From Setoptus koraiensis (lineage: Eukaryota; Animalia; Arthropoda): a stretch of DNA of 64,000 nucleotides. Positions 1 through 9,462 of this stretch are shown here, in pieces. How positions within the stretch are numbered: the stretch's first letter is position 1; every line of letters begins with the position of its first letter. Where the stretch lies: assembly GCA_048013815.1 (NCBI GenBank), contig CM106586.1:23436001-23500000 (forward strand), given 5' to 3'. A program made the translations under genes and the position numbers. Below the pieces are notes generated by a model. That model did no database searches and had not been told where the DNA came from. It worked only from the letters and a program-made list of their open reading frames with translations.

Positions 1-630
1 CAATATTGCCAAGGCGTTCTCGTGACAGATGCCTATGTCGATTTGGACCAACAAGAGCCCGTAAAATTGGCGCGTGACACCGAAAACGATGAACAAGTGA
101 TGGTTCTAGATGTAGTACTAAACGAGCAACAGTCTTGTCGTACTGACGATCAAAATCAACAGTCACAAGTTGTTTGTAATAATGGTGGATGGCACAGATT
201 CGAGCAGATAAAAGAGACTTTCGTCGAGTTTGACAAGAACCTCTCGTGTTACACATTTCCGCGTGGTTTAAATAGTTGGCTGGCGAAACGAATCAGTAAA
301 AGTGAACGGATGGTGTCGAAGTTTATCAGAGTGAGATCCAATGAGTACTATCACAACGAAAACGATCCTGAACAAGATGTCAAATTTGGTGGTGCTATGA
401 CGGGAGTTGGTCACGCCGGTTATGCGGTGTTCAACGGACACGCGGTGGCTCATGGAGCCTTCAAATTTAGACCCAGAGGCGGTAAACGAGGTACTGCCGC
501 TCATCATCATGTTTACGTATTTTTTGGAGCCCACATGCCAGGATGGGCGGGATGGCTATCACTGTTCGGTTGCCTTATTGTGCTTGCCGTGTTGGCCGGC
601 GTTCTTGAAGCCTGGTTGGGCATCGACTAG
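1..630 (+). CDS. Hypothetical protein with C-terminal transmembrane helix; 5' end probably outside the window
   Basis: Frame is open from base 1 (CAA TAT TGC...) to TAG at 628-630. Ends in hydrophobic WAGWLSLFGCLIVLAVLAGVLEAWLG preceded by a Gly/His/Ala-rich segment. AATAAA at 709-714. No family recognised. Confidence 0.55.
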   Translation, partial: QYCQGVLVTDAYVDLDQQEPVKLARDTENDEQVMVLDVVLNEQQSCRTDDQNQQSQVVCNNGGWHRFEQIKETFVEFDKNLSCYTFPRGLNSWLAKRISKSERMVSKFIRVRSNEYYHNENDPEQDVKFGGAMTGVGHAGYAVFNGHAVAHGAFKFRPRGGKRGTAAHHHVYVFFGAHMPGWAGWLSLFGCLIVLAVLAGVLEAWLGID

Positions 631-1691
631 TGAGGCGCTTCTCGTTGTTTTGATCTTGTTTTTGACCTGAAATGATGAAAAAAAGCAGGAAACAAACACT
701 TAGAATTCAATAAATAATGACGTGCTTGAGTAGCAGAGCCTGTTGGCGATCAGCGCTCACAAGGAATTCTGCTTATGTGAATTGTATGAGTGTCTCGGTG
801 GTGTAGATCCACTCGATTCGATGAGGCCAGCGAAATTGGTCTGCTCTTTGTGCCTTTTTTCAATTTGAAAATTTCGATATTTTGTGGACCCATGAAAGAG
901 TGCGTACCTTACCGTGCTGACACAATCGCTGGCGGCGCACTATTTTGTGCAACAGAAGAACAATAAAAATCGTAATCACTGTGCGCTGCAGGCGTCACGC
1001 GCATTTTTTCTGCAAAAAGAAACAGAATTTTCTCAAAATATCGAGAGAAAAAGGTGACCCCATCTGAGTCTAGAGCCTGGGTAGGTTCCTTCAGACCACC
1101 AATGTGTAATAGATAGAGAGTTTAGTATAGAAGTTGAGAGATCTGATGATTTCGGGTGGCGATATTTTTCAAATAGGTTGTTTTTTCAGATGATTTATTC
1201 ATGCAACGATAAACTATTCTTCTAACTTCGGGCACTATACAATCACTCACGAATAGTTTTGAGCGAGAAGATCTCTCAGAAATCGGTGGCAAGCTTGCCT
1301 TGTATATGCGTGTCGTTGGAACTGTCAGAAGAGAGTGATCGATTGTCTGACAGGCCATTGATCTCTAGCTTGATTCTAGAATGGCTCGAAATTTTCGAAT
1401 AAGTAAAGGTTGAGTGAATCAGTGACAACTATAGGTGATTTGTAGAATGTAAATTTTATATTTTATATTTTTTTGACGGTATTTCTTCGATAAGCACATA
1501 ATTAAAGACGACAGAATAACACTACACTGGTTTGACTATAAGACGACGACGACGACGACGACGGCTACGACGACTATGACGACACTGACCAATATCGAGT
1601 AAGCTCCTTGAGCTATAAGTGGTCTATGGTTGCTGACAGTTTTGGCTGTTTGTTGTTGTTGGTGAATTGACAAGTTCTGGTGCTGCTGCTG

Positions 1692-3035
1692 TTAGTTGGG
1701 TGTCTCTTGGTTGGCGAGATCACTGGCTCGCTTGTGAGCCGCCTCTACAGCTGCCGTGACACCGCTGCTGACATCGGCCTTGTCGAGAACATGAATACCG
1801 TAAATTGCGGCACCCGATGGCGACGAAACATGATCACGCAATTCGGCCGGATGTTTGCCAGACTCCAACAATGATTGAGCGGCGCATTGTGCGGTCTTTG
1901 CCGCAAACTTGATAGCTTGCTGACGCGACAGGCCCATTTTGAAGGCTCCGTCGGCTAACGCGTTCATAAAATAGTACGAGAAAGCCAAACCGGAACCGCC
2001 AACAGCGCAAGCGGCATCCATCTGGGTGGCGGGAACGTGCTCCAGTCTTGCTATCGACGACAATAGTGTTCTAAGTGGCGCAGACAATTTCTTGCTGTCT
2101 GGCTCGCAATCGACAGCACAAATACCAAGACCATGACTGACTGCAGTGTTCAGCATAACTCTATGTATTTCCAGAATGTATTTGCCTGGCGATTCTGGAT
2201 TCAATAGGCAGGCTTTGATTTGTGACAATGTAACGCCACTGACCAGACTCAATATGTATATTGGGTGGCGTTGGTGCGGTATGTAATTTGTGGTTATTGG
2301 ATGCGGACGAGCACCGCCAAGTTTGTAGCAGTGCTTGATAACGTGTCCATGGAAGCACAAGAATATAATATCGCAATCGTAACGACCAAAAATGTCGTAA
2401 TTGCGCTTAGTTACACGACAGCCCAATGCCTTTAGTTTTTCGAGGCTCTTAGTCGAGGGCGCCGCAACGTGAATTTTGGACGGCTCAATTTTAGCTGGTC
2501 ATAGTTGGTCATTGAGTGATAGTTGAATAGGAGCAAAAGAAAAAGAGAAAATCGTGTCAGAGTTAGAAATGATCAAAAAAATCAAATGGGGCTACGTAAA
2601 AAAAAAATCAATCTATTGACACTAACCATAATTGATGAGGCCAGCAATGGTTGACTCTGCCATCTTGCCCGCTCCAATGAAACCAATTTTTGCCTGCGAC
2701 AAATCGAGCTCGCCCAATTTGCGCGATTTCCTTGAGGCGCCTCCCTTTGACTTGCTTTGGCTCGATTTGTGCGATTGCTCTTTCTTTGAGCCCTCCCTTG
2801 GGGACGATGTTGGGGCAGCTTCCGAGGCTGGCGGTGTCACGGCACTTCCGGCTGCTGGCGTTGCAACATCCGGAGAAGGTTCGGTTGTTCCCTCGGCGCC
2901 AGAGGCGGCTGGTGCTGCCTCGGGCGGTGTCGATGGGGGTGCGGTTGACCCTTCGGCAGGTGCAGTGGACCCTTCGGTGGGTGCAGTGGACCCTTCGGCA
3001 GCACCGTCGGCCGGTTGCTCTTGATTCTCAGCCAT
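1692..3035 (-). CDS. P5cr: Pyrroline-5-carboxylate reductase, 2 exons (3035-2627, 2494-1692; 132-bp intron), 403 aa
   Basis: Rossmann motif KIGFIGAGKMA in exon 1. GTTAGT donor at 2626 and CAG acceptor at 2495 join in frame (INY-A-KIEPSKIHVAAPS). C-terminal domain DAACAVGGSGLAF...ALADG..KMGL...HPAELRDHVSSPSGA matches the PYCR/ProC pattern. Confidence 0.93.
2938..3000 (-). repeat. 21-bp coding tandem repeat x3 encoding (A/T)EGSTAP in the P5CR N-terminal extension
   Basis: GACCCTTCGG recurs at 2947, 2968 and 2989. Confidence 0.9.
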
Positions 3036-4018
3036 TATTTGACCAAGTGCTTGATGTCAATTAAATTATTTGTCTTCTAAAGTTTGTTTCCTATTGCTAA
3101 ACAAACAGAAAAAAAAGATAATACAATTCGAATATACAATTCGAATATTAATTGAGATATTTAAATTGTCTTGAAGGAATTAAAGCAACTTTAGAAATAC
3201 TCGACTACTTACAGACGACCAATCTAGTCCAATCACAACGGATGACTGTTCGCCTAAAGCTGTGCGCTATCACTACTACCTCTAGTTGCGCCCTTCTCTA
3301 ATTTGTCTGTCTGTGTAGTCTCGCTACAGTAGTCGTCTCACTATCTTAATAATCACATCATACAGTACATGTATGTCACTCAGTATCAATGAGTCGCTTG
3401 TTAGCTAGATTTGATATTTTTTCATTTTAAATTAATCCTCATCAGTATGCTGATTAGTATAGTGATTCGCTTGGTGAGCGCCAGCAGACGATACAAGTTA
3501 CAAACAATTTGTGCACTGATAATTAGCTAAACGAATACAACTCAATTGACTGTATCCAGCAGAACATGACATTTGCTATTTGTTGTTTGTCACGGCGCGC
3601 GGATCAATGAACGAAAATATCTAAACATATAATATACAGAGTGCATGCGGAGTGTAGTATAATAGCCCCAGTCAACAGTTATGCACTTGATTCAATTCAC
3701 GCTGGAGGCTTGACAAACCAAACGAATTGTTTCGTTAGGTATGTTTATCCATTTATGATACAATTGATCATACAATTTACGACGGCACCTATTCGTCCTG
3801 TTTGTACTGTACACTGTCAGTTGATGTATTGGCAACAACAATAATATTATTAATTATTTCATCAACTAGTGTAGGCTAGATGAGCCACATTTTCATTCAT
3901 TGTATGTGTAGAAGAATGTGCTCAACGGCATACAGTTATGTTTGTTAAAAATATTATGCAATGCCTCGCAAAATGACGCCTCGCCAAGAGTCAGGTACGT
4001 CAAAATAAGAAGCTAAAA

Positions 4019-5725
4019 ATGGTCCAACCACAGGCATTATGTTGCCTGATCGGTGCTGTTCTTATTAACATAACATTGGGCACATTGTATTCAATTGGAA
4101 ATTTAAATCCCTACATAGCGTCGTATATGAGAGCAAAAGTGAACAATAATATTACAAAAGAGGACGGAATTTGGATAACATCAACATTCTTATTAGGTCA
4201 GGGAATATTCTTAATATTGGGCGCTTGTTTCGAAAGGACATTCGGTGTTAGATTTGCATGTATAGTGGGCTGTATTATCCATAGTATATCATGTTTCGCA
4301 ACTATCTGGGCAATCAACGTGAGCTACTTAGTTATGATAATTGTCTACGGTTTTGGCACCGGATGCGGGGCCGGTTCAGCATACATGGCCACCATTGTGG
4401 CCATACAAAGGTGGTTCCCCTTGAATAAAGGCATGTTTACTGGTGTTATCCTGGCCGGATTTGGCTTCGGTGGTCTGTTGTATACAAATCTACAAACGTG
4501 GTATATAAATCCCGGCAACAAGAGCCCAGAAGCGTCTGGCTATTTCTCTGCCGATGTCTACGAATCTTTGCCGGGTCTCTTTAGATTTATGGGCATCACT
4601 TTTGTGGTACTACAAACTATAGGTTGTGTACTGGTATTTCCGCCTCCGTCGTTAGACAGTAATAGTGACCAAAACAGCACTAATACCCAACCATCCTATG
4701 GCGACCAGCAATTGGACCCAAACACTGGTGAGCCCATATTGCCCCAAATAAATCAAACAACAGATCTATTTTCAACGAGAATTTTTTACATCATAGGCAT
4801 TATGATGGCTCTAGTTGTGCCCGGCATGACATTTGTCAATAGTATGGGCAAGACCTTTGGTCAGATATTTATATCCGATGATCGTTTTTTGGCTATTATC
4901 ACTGCCGTTGCGGCCATCTTTAATTCTGGTGGTCGACTATTTTGGGGCTGCCTGATGGACAGGCTGAAATTCAGTACATGCCTCATAATGAAATGTACCC
5001 TATTCACACTGTTGATACTGACATTCCCGCTAGAATCTGTGCTCCATTCAAAGACTCTATACGCATTATGGATGCTGGGATTATTTTTCACATTTGCTGG
5101 AATATTTGTCATATTTCCAGTGTTTATCGACCAAGTGTTTGGCTCGCGTAACTCCGGCATGGCCTATGGTTTTTTGTACAATTTTCTAAGTGTCTCCTCA
5201 ATATTGTCATCATTTATCATACCATGGATGATGAAGAAAGAGGGTGACGCCTCAAATACTGAAAAGAGCTCCCTATCGAGCAGAATAATACCCCCCGTTG
5301 GAATTTCATTATTATACGCAGCTTGTTTACTAGTGTATTTCATATTTTTACCTGTGAAACAACTGGAAGAATGTATAGATAACAAGAAACAAGCTGAATA
5401 TGATCGCGCAACAAATCTAGCTAGACAACAATCGGCGCGTTTGCTAGGATCTGACATCAAGAGTCTATCTAAGGAAACTAAAAAGAGTCGCTCTAGAGGC
5501 GCAAATAAGCCGGTAACAATTGTCGGTGATAAGAGAAACTCAGATGATATATTACAACAGAATCAACATATTAAAATACCCGTGATAAAATCTTTAGTGG
5601 TACCAGCTACTGCAGCTACGAAATCAGAATTGTCAACATTACAGGACAAAAACAGTCTCGGTACGGTTGTATACTTTAAACGGCCAAATGAATCACAAGA
5701 AATAAAGAAATTATCTGCTAATTGA
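4019..5725 (+). CDS. Major facilitator superfamily transporter, oxalate:formate antiporter (OFA)/MCT-like, intronless, 568 aa
   Basis: About 12 hydrophobic segments in two halves. Family-typical WFPLNKGMFTGVILAGFGFGG and GRLFWGCLMDR motifs. Long hydrophilic C-terminal tail. Confidence 0.88.
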   Translation: MVQPQALCCLIGAVLINITLGTLYSIGNLNPYIASYMRAKVNNNITKEDGIWITSTFLLGQGIFLILGACFERTFGVRFACIVGCIIHSISCFATIWAINVSYLVMIIVYGFGTGCGAGSAYMATIVAIQRWFPLNKGMFTGVILAGFGFGGLLYTNLQTWYINPGNKSPEASGYFSADVYESLPGLFRFMGITFVVLQTIGCVLVFPPPSLDSNSDQNSTNTQPSYGDQQLDPNTGEPILPQINQTTDLFSTRIFYIIGIMMALVVPGMTFVNSMGKTFGQIFISDDRFLAIITAVAAIFNSGGRLFWGCLMDRLKFSTCLIMKCTLFTLLILTFPLESVLHSKTLYALWMLGLFFTFAGIFVIFPVFIDQVFGSRNSGMAYGFLYNFLSVSSILSSFIIPWMMKKEGDASNTEKSSLSSRIIPPVGISLLYAACLLVYFIFLPVKQLEECIDNKKQAEYDRATNLARQQSARLLGSDIKSLSKETKKSRSRGANKPVTIVGDKRNSDDILQQNQHIKIPVIKSLVVPATAATKSELSTLQDKNSLGTVVYFKRPNESQEIKKLSAN

Positions 5726-6366
5726 TTAATCGAATCAATTTGTAGTCGAGGATCATATCGACATCGTTTCAACTGTGACACGATGTCACTCTGACAATCT
5801 GTAACAGCTGTAAGCGCTGTAAATCCCTCTTTTTTATACGAGGCATTCAATTAATTAATTGAGTGACATACACACAAGCGCACAACATTACATAATCATT
5901 ACTGTTGTTATTACTATAGTAATGAGCGTGTGCCAATTACCTTGATGATGCTAGCGCAATCTTTGGATATTGCTCTATTGAGTCAGACACAACATTATGA
6001 CATCGGCGCCTTATTATTGGCCTCAGATACACTGATTTACTGATTGTCAATCAATCAGTCAAGCTGAAAGCTTGTCTGTCTGCGAAGCTCACGAGCTAGC
6101 AACGGAAACAATCAATGCAATACACACGTACATAGGTGACGGTTTTTGTTTCTTTCGGTTGAATATGAACTAAACCTGTTATTCACCTGCCAACTAATGT
6201 CGTCTGACCCAAAAGAACAATCGCCAAAGACTGAGCTAGCATCACCAAAATCACAAAAGTCGGCCAAAGAAACTGCCCAAAATTATCATCCTTTACTAAC
6301 AGCGATTTCATCTACTTCTTCTGTAACTTTTGTATTGCCAAAAAAGTCGGCCCACATCCCGTTTGT

Positions 6367-7221
6367 ATGCCAGGAATATCAGCTCCAAGCAACTGTGCCC
6401 GGGGTCAAAAAATGGAAGGCTATCCGGATTATATAAAATTGTTTCGCAAACTGCTTGCGGATCATCATCGGAAAATGACCAAATACTCACGATCATCGCA
6501 AGCATCACAGTATGAGCCAGACAGTAACATCGATGGCCTGTTGAGTTCTGTCTCTAAGATGGATAGCACCTCACCTGTAGCAGCGAAAAAACCAAATGAT
6601 CCGAAAGTTTCTGCGGATCATTTGGACGCATCGTCGGCTACGGCAGCTGCAAAACCGTTCTCCACGACACTGCCAGATAATATATTGGATAAAAGAAAGC
6701 AATCGGCGGCGGCCCAACTTGATCTCAATACCAGAAGCTCTGATGATGTTGCCACCTTGTCAAACATAAAACATCTAAATATAATCCCGAAACGCGATCT
6801 CAGACCTCAACAAGTAACCAATGTGGCGCCTAATAGATCGATTTCTACGAAACTTCCTCCTGGTTTCATGAAAGCTGCCAGCCTAGACAAATCAAGGGGA
6901 TCCGAGGGTAAAAATACTATACTTCCATCACTGGATAGATCTAGCTTCAACAAATCAAGACCTCTAATCCGTTCAAGAGCTCGGCACCCCTCATTAGCTA
7001 AAATTGTTGCGAAAGCCATGCCACCAGCAAAAGTGCAAGATTTCGTTCAATTGGGCTTCAATGTTCCAACAGGTTCTGGCAGAGATACACTAAGTTCATC
7101 CGAAGGAACAAGCACAGTTATGCCATCTGATTTTGAGCACATATATCATGCCCCTTCACAAATGACAAGTTTAGGCAGTACTAAAAATGATAAAACTAAA
7201 CTCAAGAGTATGAAGAGATAA
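6367..7221 (+). CDS. Hypothetical Ser/Lys/Pro-rich, probably disordered protein (start uncertain)
   Basis: 284-codon ORF in AT-rich sequence with no recognisable domain. Overlaps an upstream ORF (ATG 6197) in another frame. Confidence 0.55.
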   Translation: MPGISAPSNCARGQKMEGYPDYIKLFRKLLADHHRKMTKYSRSSQASQYEPDSNIDGLLSSVSKMDSTSPVAAKKPNDPKVSADHLDASSATAAAKPFSTTLPDNILDKRKQSAAAQLDLNTRSSDDVATLSNIKHLNIIPKRDLRPQQVTNVAPNRSISTKLPPGFMKAASLDKSRGSEGKNTILPSLDRSSFNKSRPLIRSRARHPSLAKIVAKAMPPAKVQDFVQLGFNVPTGSGRDTLSSSEGTSTVMPSDFEHIYHAPSQMTSLGSTKNDKTKLKSMKR

Positions 7222-7596
7222 AAGAATGAATCGATTAGATGAGTCAACAGTTGCAATAGTATCTATCGGCACACTAGTGCACGGGCGCCTCTTATCACAT
7301 GTAGAGAGAACAAGTAATCTCATGAACTCATTTTTTCCATTGTCCTCTATTTATGGCGCTACATTGCCAACATAATAGTGGCTCAAAATAGATGGAAAAT
7401 GTGATAAAAATATCTTCTGGTGGTAGTGGCACGGCTCCCGGAGACAGAATTTCATTTGATTTGTTTAATAATCTGTGAGAATTTCCTTTTTTCTAAATAC
7501 AAGTTGAAAAGTTTTAATTTCAATTAGGCATTGTTAATTTGTATCATTAATAACAATATTCATCTACTAAGAATATTTTATATTAGTTGAACTATA

Positions 7597-8664
7597 ATGT
7601 CGCGTTTGTTAATTTTTGGCCTGGCTGGAATTGCAATAGTTGCCCTAGCAATCAGCGGATATCCCAGTCTTGTGTCGGCAGCACCTAGCAAAGGTGTATT
7701 TGGTTTGAGAAGCGCTCTTGGAAATGCAGTAGGTAGAATATCTAAAGTATTCAATCGCTCGAGCAATCGAGGACCGAAACCATCTGGGCCACCGGTAGCT
7801 CAGAATCACCCACCTCCTATGGTGCCTCCACAACAAGAAGCTCAAAAAGAGCAACCACAATCAAATCATGCTGAGCTTGTAGAGGCAATTGTGCAGCCCG
7901 CGCAAACTACATCAAATGAGGTGGTAGAAAATAAGGAGCAAGAGAGAAAGGTTGATATTGTGCCAGATGCCCTTCCAATTGATGAGAAGCATGAAGCGCC
8001 AGAGGAAAAAGTGAAAGAAGATGAGTCGAAAGAGGAAGTTAAGATAGAAGAGGTAAAGGAAGAGCCACAAGAGAAAGAAAAAGAGGCCGAAGAAGAGAAG
8101 AACAAAGAAAAGATTGAGAATAAGACCGAAAATGAAAATGAAACGAGTGATGCCGGAGACGCTGGAAAGGAGGAGGAGAAGAAAGAGGAAGAGAAGAATG
8201 AGGGGTCCGAGAAAGTGGAGGCCGAGGAGAAAGGAGAGGGAGTGAACGACGAAAAAGAAGATGCCAAGGTGGAGAAAGTGGAAAAGGAAAATGAAGATGA
8301 GGAAGATAAGCAAAAAGAGAGTGTAGGGGGCAAAGATGATGAGAAAGAGAGCGAAGGAGAGAAAGAGGGAGAAGTAACGGAGGAAAATAAGGGGGAAAAC
8401 AGTGACGAGGAGGAAAAGAGTGAAAAAGATGAAGAGAAAGAGGAAACTAAGGAGGAGGAAAAAAAGAATGACACAGAAGAAAAGGACGAAAAAGATTCTG
8501 AATCGGAGAGAAATGGAGACCAGAATGAAGACAGTACGGCCGAAAAAGATAAGAACGAGGTGGAAGAGGAGAAAAAGGATGAAAAAGAAGGTAACAAAGA
8601 GGAAAATGAGAAGAAAGATAAGGGAGAGGAGAAAGAAAAAGAAGAGAAGACAGAAAAGAATTGA
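7597..8664 (+). CDS. Putative secreted Glu/Lys-rich low-complexity protein, 355 aa
   Basis: Signal-peptide-like N-terminus MSRLLIFGLAGIAIVALAISGYPSLVSA, then a basic amphipathic segment, a Pro/Gln linker and ~250 aa of E/K/D/N-rich sequence. AATAAA at 8885 and 8905. Confidence 0.8.
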   Translation: MSRLLIFGLAGIAIVALAISGYPSLVSAAPSKGVFGLRSALGNAVGRISKVFNRSSNRGPKPSGPPVAQNHPPPMVPPQQEAQKEQPQSNHAELVEAIVQPAQTTSNEVVENKEQERKVDIVPDALPIDEKHEAPEEKVKEDESKEEVKIEEVKEEPQEKEKEAEEEKNKEKIENKTENENETSDAGDAGKEEEKKEEEKNEGSEKVEAEEKGEGVNDEKEDAKVEKVEKENEDEEDKQKESVGGKDDEKESEGEKEGEVTEENKGENSDEEEKSEKDEEKEETKEEEKKNDTEEKDEKDSESERNGDQNEDSTAEKDKNEVEEEKKDEKEGNKEENEKKDKGEEKEKEEKTEKN

Positions 8665-8980
8665 TAAAGATGAAGAAAACCAGAAGATTAATACTGTTGT
8701 TTTACAGTCCCTGGGCCGGAATTAAGTCTAGGATTTCTTATATATTGCTGAATATACAGCCAGAAATAGCAAAAATATCACACTCCATCAACATATCATC
8801 TTGGTCGAACCCAGTCGATCATCCCTCATAATTCGTTGAGCATAAGCAGGCCTTCAGACACGGAGCACGTTCGACATCCGTTCTAATAAAAGTGTAAATG
8901 GATGAATAAACATTAACTGTTGCTTAATAAGTTGTTGTTATAAGGCATTTATTGTTATAATGCTAGCACGATATATATTG

Positions 8981-9110
8981 TTAGATCGTAGGGAGGTTAC
9001 GATCGTAGATCTTTTAAACTTTAATAACGAGAAATGTCACGATATTTGTCACGATATTTGTCACGATATTGGTCACACTTTTTAGATCGTAGGGAGGTTA
9101 CGAACGTAGA
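8981..9110. repeat. Transposon-like relic: 29-bp direct repeats flanking a 12-bp tandem array
   Basis: TTAGATCGTAGGGAGGTTACGA(T/A)CGTAGA at 8981-9009 and 9082-9110. GATATTTGTCAC-type units lie between them. GATATTTGTCACGATATTGGTCACACTTTTT also occurs at 9819-9849 at the inner end of the neighbouring foldback arm. Confidence 0.85.
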
Positions 9111-9111
9111 A

Positions 9112-9375
9112 TTAATACGTAGCGTTTAATATCCGCCAGGCTATGTCATTGATGTCATAGCCTGACGGATTGATTCTTTCGTCCCTATTATCCTGGGCAA
9201 ACTCACTGGCCACTTTCTGGTCAACTGCACTATTAATAAGTGTTTCTAAATATCTAATATACCCGAGGGCGAGGGCGTTTACACTGGGTTGTCCTAGTTT
9301 TTCCTCGCCCTTCATCAAGGGCAAAGCGCGCCTGAGCGCATCAAAAGTTTGTCGTGGGTTGTTTTGCTGTGACAT
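9112..9375 (-). CDS. 87-aa helix-loop-helix micro-ORF lacking the basic region (divergent group A bHLH-like; may be a captured fragment or pseudogene)
   Basis: FDALRRALP-LMKGEEKL-GQPSVNALALGYIRYLETLI resembles helix1-loop-helix2 of PTF1/Twist/SCL-type bHLH (AF..LR..LP...KLSK..TLRLAI.YI.YL). ATG lies 9 codons before helix 1 with an in-frame stop upstream, so no basic region is encoded. Confidence 0.5.
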   Translation of the reverse strand: MSQQNNPRQTFDALRRALPLMKGEEKLGQPSVNALALGYIRYLETLINSAVDQKVASEFAQDNRDERINPSGYDINDIAWRILNATY

Positions 9376-9461
9376 CGTGACTGATCTAAATAGACTGATG
9401 AATCAGTCTATTTATATCAGTCACGATGTCCAGGCAAGTACAACCCACGACAAACACTTGA
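9341..9461. repeat. ~120-bp palindrome centred at 9400/9401 overlapping the HLH start codon
   Basis: Inner arms 9371-9399 and 9402-9430 are reverse complements with one mismatch (C9386/T9415) and a 2-nt loop. Outer 16-bp perfect arms at 9347-9362 and 9440-9455. Confidence 0.93.
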
Positions 9462-9462
9462 C

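Noticed and set aside
1122-1358. 78-aa minus-strand ORF, and a TILLTSGT helicase-like word on the plus strand
   Set aside because: Too short, with no supporting motifs.
2632-3064. Plus-strand ORFs of 130 and 124 aa
   Set aside because: Antisense shadows of P5CR exon 1.
7866-8597. Minus-strand 243-aa Ser/Phe-rich and 133-aa Phe/Leu-rich ORFs that look like membrane proteins
   Set aside because: Reverse complement of the GAA/AAA-rich E/K gene; a compositional artefact.
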